Assembly: GCA_032718475.1 (NCBI GenBank)
Contig: JAUCBJ010001221.1
Span: 1-64,000 of the forward strand
DNA: 64,000 bases
Origin: Nemertoderma westbladi
Lineage: Eukaryota; Animalia; Xenacoelomorpha
Direction of reading: 5' to 3'
Shown here one piece after another: positions 60,612-64,000 of this stretch (positions within the stretch are counted from its first letter, which is position 1; every line of letters starts with the position of its first letter). The notes under the pieces are model-generated. The model saw only the letters and a program-made list of their open reading frames with translations, did no database searches and was not told where the DNA came from. The translations under genes and the position numbers were made by a program.

Positions 60612-62284
60612 TACAGTGAAGTGAAGTGAAGAGTGAAGTGTAGAGTGAAGTGAAGAGTGAAGTGTTTTCTGGTTGATTTGAATAAAACAAAGTGTTTACT
60701 TACTGTATGTTTGAAGTGAACACTTCATAATACACAAGTAAGCTCAAAAGGTTACTTTTGAAATAAAATTCCCACATAAATTTTAATTCCGTGTGGTGGA
60801 TGTTTTCCACTTATCTCGTGCAATAGTTGGGGAATTGGGTTGAAATTTTGTGAACGTGGTCAGTAGGACCTACAGAATGGGTTTTAGATACAAATCTGGA
60901 AATTTAGTTTTATTGTACCATAACAACGCATTGTGACCATAAAGAGCACTACCCGAATGGCTGTTTTTCCTACCACTATATCGTAAATGAACTATGAATA
61001 AGGGCGCCAAATTCGCTAAAACAACTAACATAACAAATGTAGCGTGTGTGAGGTGACGAGGGACGATCATATTGCTGATGAACTTTTCACAACAATAGTA
61101 GAAACATGTGTGCCTGCCCTAGAAATAAATCAAGCTGGGGAAAGGAATTTCTCTAAATGTCAGGTTGCATTTCCATTGCCCTCACAACTACTACTACAGT
61201 ATGATGACCCTAATGACGCTAAACCACCTTAGAATATAAAGTTCAATAGTAGCACATTGTAGATATTCTTATGCAATATAACTAAGAAACTACGCACTTC
61301 TAGAACAGTGTGTAAGTGTTAGGTGATTCTTCTTTTTGTTCATACAGTAGCTGGATGATTTTCGGCATCGGTACACCAGGTACTGTACAGTACACAGCCC
61401 CCACAATTTTTTATTAGCTATTACTTAAACAAAATCTTGTTGTTTTATGTTCTAAAACAAAGTCGAAATTCAAAGATTATACTGAAATTTTGTGGTAGCT
61501 AGTATTTCTTGAGTAGCTAGTATTTCTAAAAATAAATATTTGTTTTAAATTTTGCTAATATTTTGCTTTGTTTTATACTGTCCGAGTTCCCTCGACCTAC
61601 AGTAGTGAGTAGTAGTATAGTAGTCAGTAGTAGTAAAAATGTGAAGATAACTATATTACTTACCTCTTATTGTAAACATTATTGTTGGTTGTTCGGCATA
61701 TGAAAAAAATAATCTGAAATGATATTCCAGATTTGACTGCAACGAAAGGAAATATATATTAAATAAATATATAAATAATATATAAATATAAATATATATA
61801 AATATAAATAATAAATATAAATGTTATATAATATAAATATAATATATATATAGGCCTATATGAATGAAATATATATTAAATAAATAAAATAAATATATAT
61901 TAAATATTTATCTAACAAAAAATTTTTCTAAAAAAATTTTGGTATTTCCGGGGCTTCTGGATATCTAATAATATCCGGGGCTCAGCGAGGCGGAGCATCA
62001 ATGGGTTCCGGAAAAAAAAGAGATGGTTGGGTAAATTATTTTATTTCCTCAATTCCTATCAAAACTTTACATCTGTTGATGGGAACTGAGACAGGCCTGG
62101 GGGCGGGGGTGGGGTGGTACAATAGCACCTTATTCTAACCAAAATCTATTCTAATTCGAATTTCATTCTAATACAAATATATCTTATTCTATATTAATAG
62201 TTCAGTAAAATTCAGTGACTCCGTTTGTTTTACTGTATAACATAGTTCACCTGGCTAATGTAATTAATGTTTCAAACTTGTTAG

Positions 62285-62400
62285 TTCCGAGCTTGTATGA
62301 AACGGAGGAGACAAGGAAGTTGTCAACATCGGAACTCCATCGGGTTGTTCTACCCGAAAAACTGGCCTATCTCGGTGAAAAAAGATCTGAATAGAAATGT
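62285..62400 (+). pseudogene. Possible C-terminal remnant of the Harbinger second (Myb/SANT-like) ORF
   Basis: YETEETRKLSTSELHRVVL, convergent with the Harbinger transposase; recognised from memory only. Confidence 0.35.
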
Positions 62401-62999
62401 TGAATAGAAAAAACAATTGCTGGAATTGCAGATGCTACTGCAGGGGCTGCTTTTGAGTTCCATAATATCAAAACGATGACTAATTTACTTTATGATTAAT
62501 TTATTTATCAATAATTTATTTACCATTAACTTATTTATAATTAATATATTATTCAAAATTTATTTACCATTAACTTATTTATAATTAATAGATTTATCAA
62601 TAATTTATTTACCATTAACTTATTTATTTTTAAAATAATTTATAAGAATGGGCCCTTCTTGATGAATATTTACTGTCATGAGTGGTGTTAAGTTTTAAAG
62701 TGTTAAATTTCCTTACTTTTGTGGTCATATTTGTTGGTATGTTTAGATTCAATGTTGAGGAATTTAAGTTTTATTATTATTTTATTATCACATTATCACA
62801 TCATTATTATCACAATAATTGAGGGATATTAAATATTTTATGATGGTTTAATCCGGTGTTTATTAATATTACTGAAATAAATAATATAATAAATCTTAAG
62901 TATCAAACCAATATTTCAAAAAATAATATCTTCAATTCATTTACAGTTGTTCGATTTGCTGCCCGATAATCACAGCTAACTCATTCCTCTTATGTTGGC

Positions 63000-63950
63000 C
63001 AGCAGCCCGACAAGCTGTATTGCTCAGCTGTTCGGCGGGTTCTCCTGGTATCTCCTTGTCCTCTTCACGAATACCAGGTACCGAATCCGAAAGATACAAA
63101 CCTGTTATATATGATGAAACACGCTTGTATAAATAACTCATTGGTACTCTCTGAAGTTAAATCAGCATTGGATGTTGTAATATTGTAGTAAACCGTCGCT
63201 TCACATCCGTAAACATATTCCATCGCATTCTCTCAACAATCAAACGCTCTCTTCTTAGTAGCATATTGTATGAAGCCTCATCATGTGTAATTGGTGACTC
63301 GAAAGGGGTCATTAAATATGGTGCAATAGCATTATCCACTATCAGCCAACAAGACACAATTCTAATTGGATAGGATTGAAGGGATTTCACTATTCCTAAA
63401 TATTCGAGAATCATGCACCAACCCGGGCCACTCTGCGACAACACTTGTAGCTTCTAAAATATATAGTTACAAGTAGCTTGAACGTTTACTGAAAATAATT
63501 TTTTTCTATTGAAATATTCGTTAGGATAAAATTGTCTATGTGGCCTTTCAATCAGAATGTGCATGGCATCAACACAGCCAATGCAGAGGAGAGGGGAAAG
63601 TTGAAGTTGTCTTGCCATTGGTTCCTGAATTGTTCTATTTCTTCTTCTGTGTTCGGAAATTGTATCCATTGATGAAATTTGTCTATGATTCTTGTTATTG
63701 TTTGGTGAAACGTTTTACTAATGGTGGAATGATGGACTCCTATATCTTTACCCACGCCTACTTGAAGGCCCGGTTCAGCTAAATAACAAAGACAAACTAC
63801 CATACGTTGTTTATTACTCAGACAACCACCCATGCTTTCTCTTGGATCTTCACCTAAAAAATGTTCAGCCATTTATTCTACATTTGCTTCTTTAAACCTA
63901 AACAGTCTCTTATACTAATGTATTGATGACTCATTTCTAACTGAGTAAAC
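63000..63950 (-). pseudogene. PIF/Harbinger (HARBI1-like) transposase remnant
   Basis: LCYLA.PG.Q..VG.DIGVHHSTISKT, IGCVDAMHI.I.RP..YFNRK..FSVNVQATC, WPG.VHDSRI, YLMTPF..YN and RLIVER..KRRF. Confidence 0.9.
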
Positions 63951-64000
63951 ATTTACCTTTCTTGGCATTACAAACATGTTTTACCTCTAGCTGTATATAT

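Overview
AT-rich eukaryotic genomic DNA, most likely from an invertebrate animal; the species cannot be identified from the sequence. The window is mostly nested, decayed transposable elements: THAP/P-element, pogo-like, BEL/Pao LTR, Academ, Penelope (RT plus GIY-YIG), MULE, CR1/L2, RTE, piggyBac, hAT, Tc1, EnSpm/CACTA, Harbinger, a Helentron-like element, MITEs and a SINE. Two transposases are uninterrupted: a MULE (22958-24568) and an EnSpm/CACTA-like enzyme (53099-55627). The EnSpm-like ORF is followed by an intact double-zinc-ribbon plus PWWP ORF, a 106-bp tandem array and a CACTG-type terminus. The only convincing host genes are missed by the ORF track: two paralogous spliced genes for small secreted knottin (ICK)-like peptides (408-577 and 29102-29698) with the same C-x6-C-x6-CC-x4-C-x3-C spacing. 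No rRNA, tRNA or CRISPR array is supported. All family assignments come from reading motifs by eye, not from database searches.
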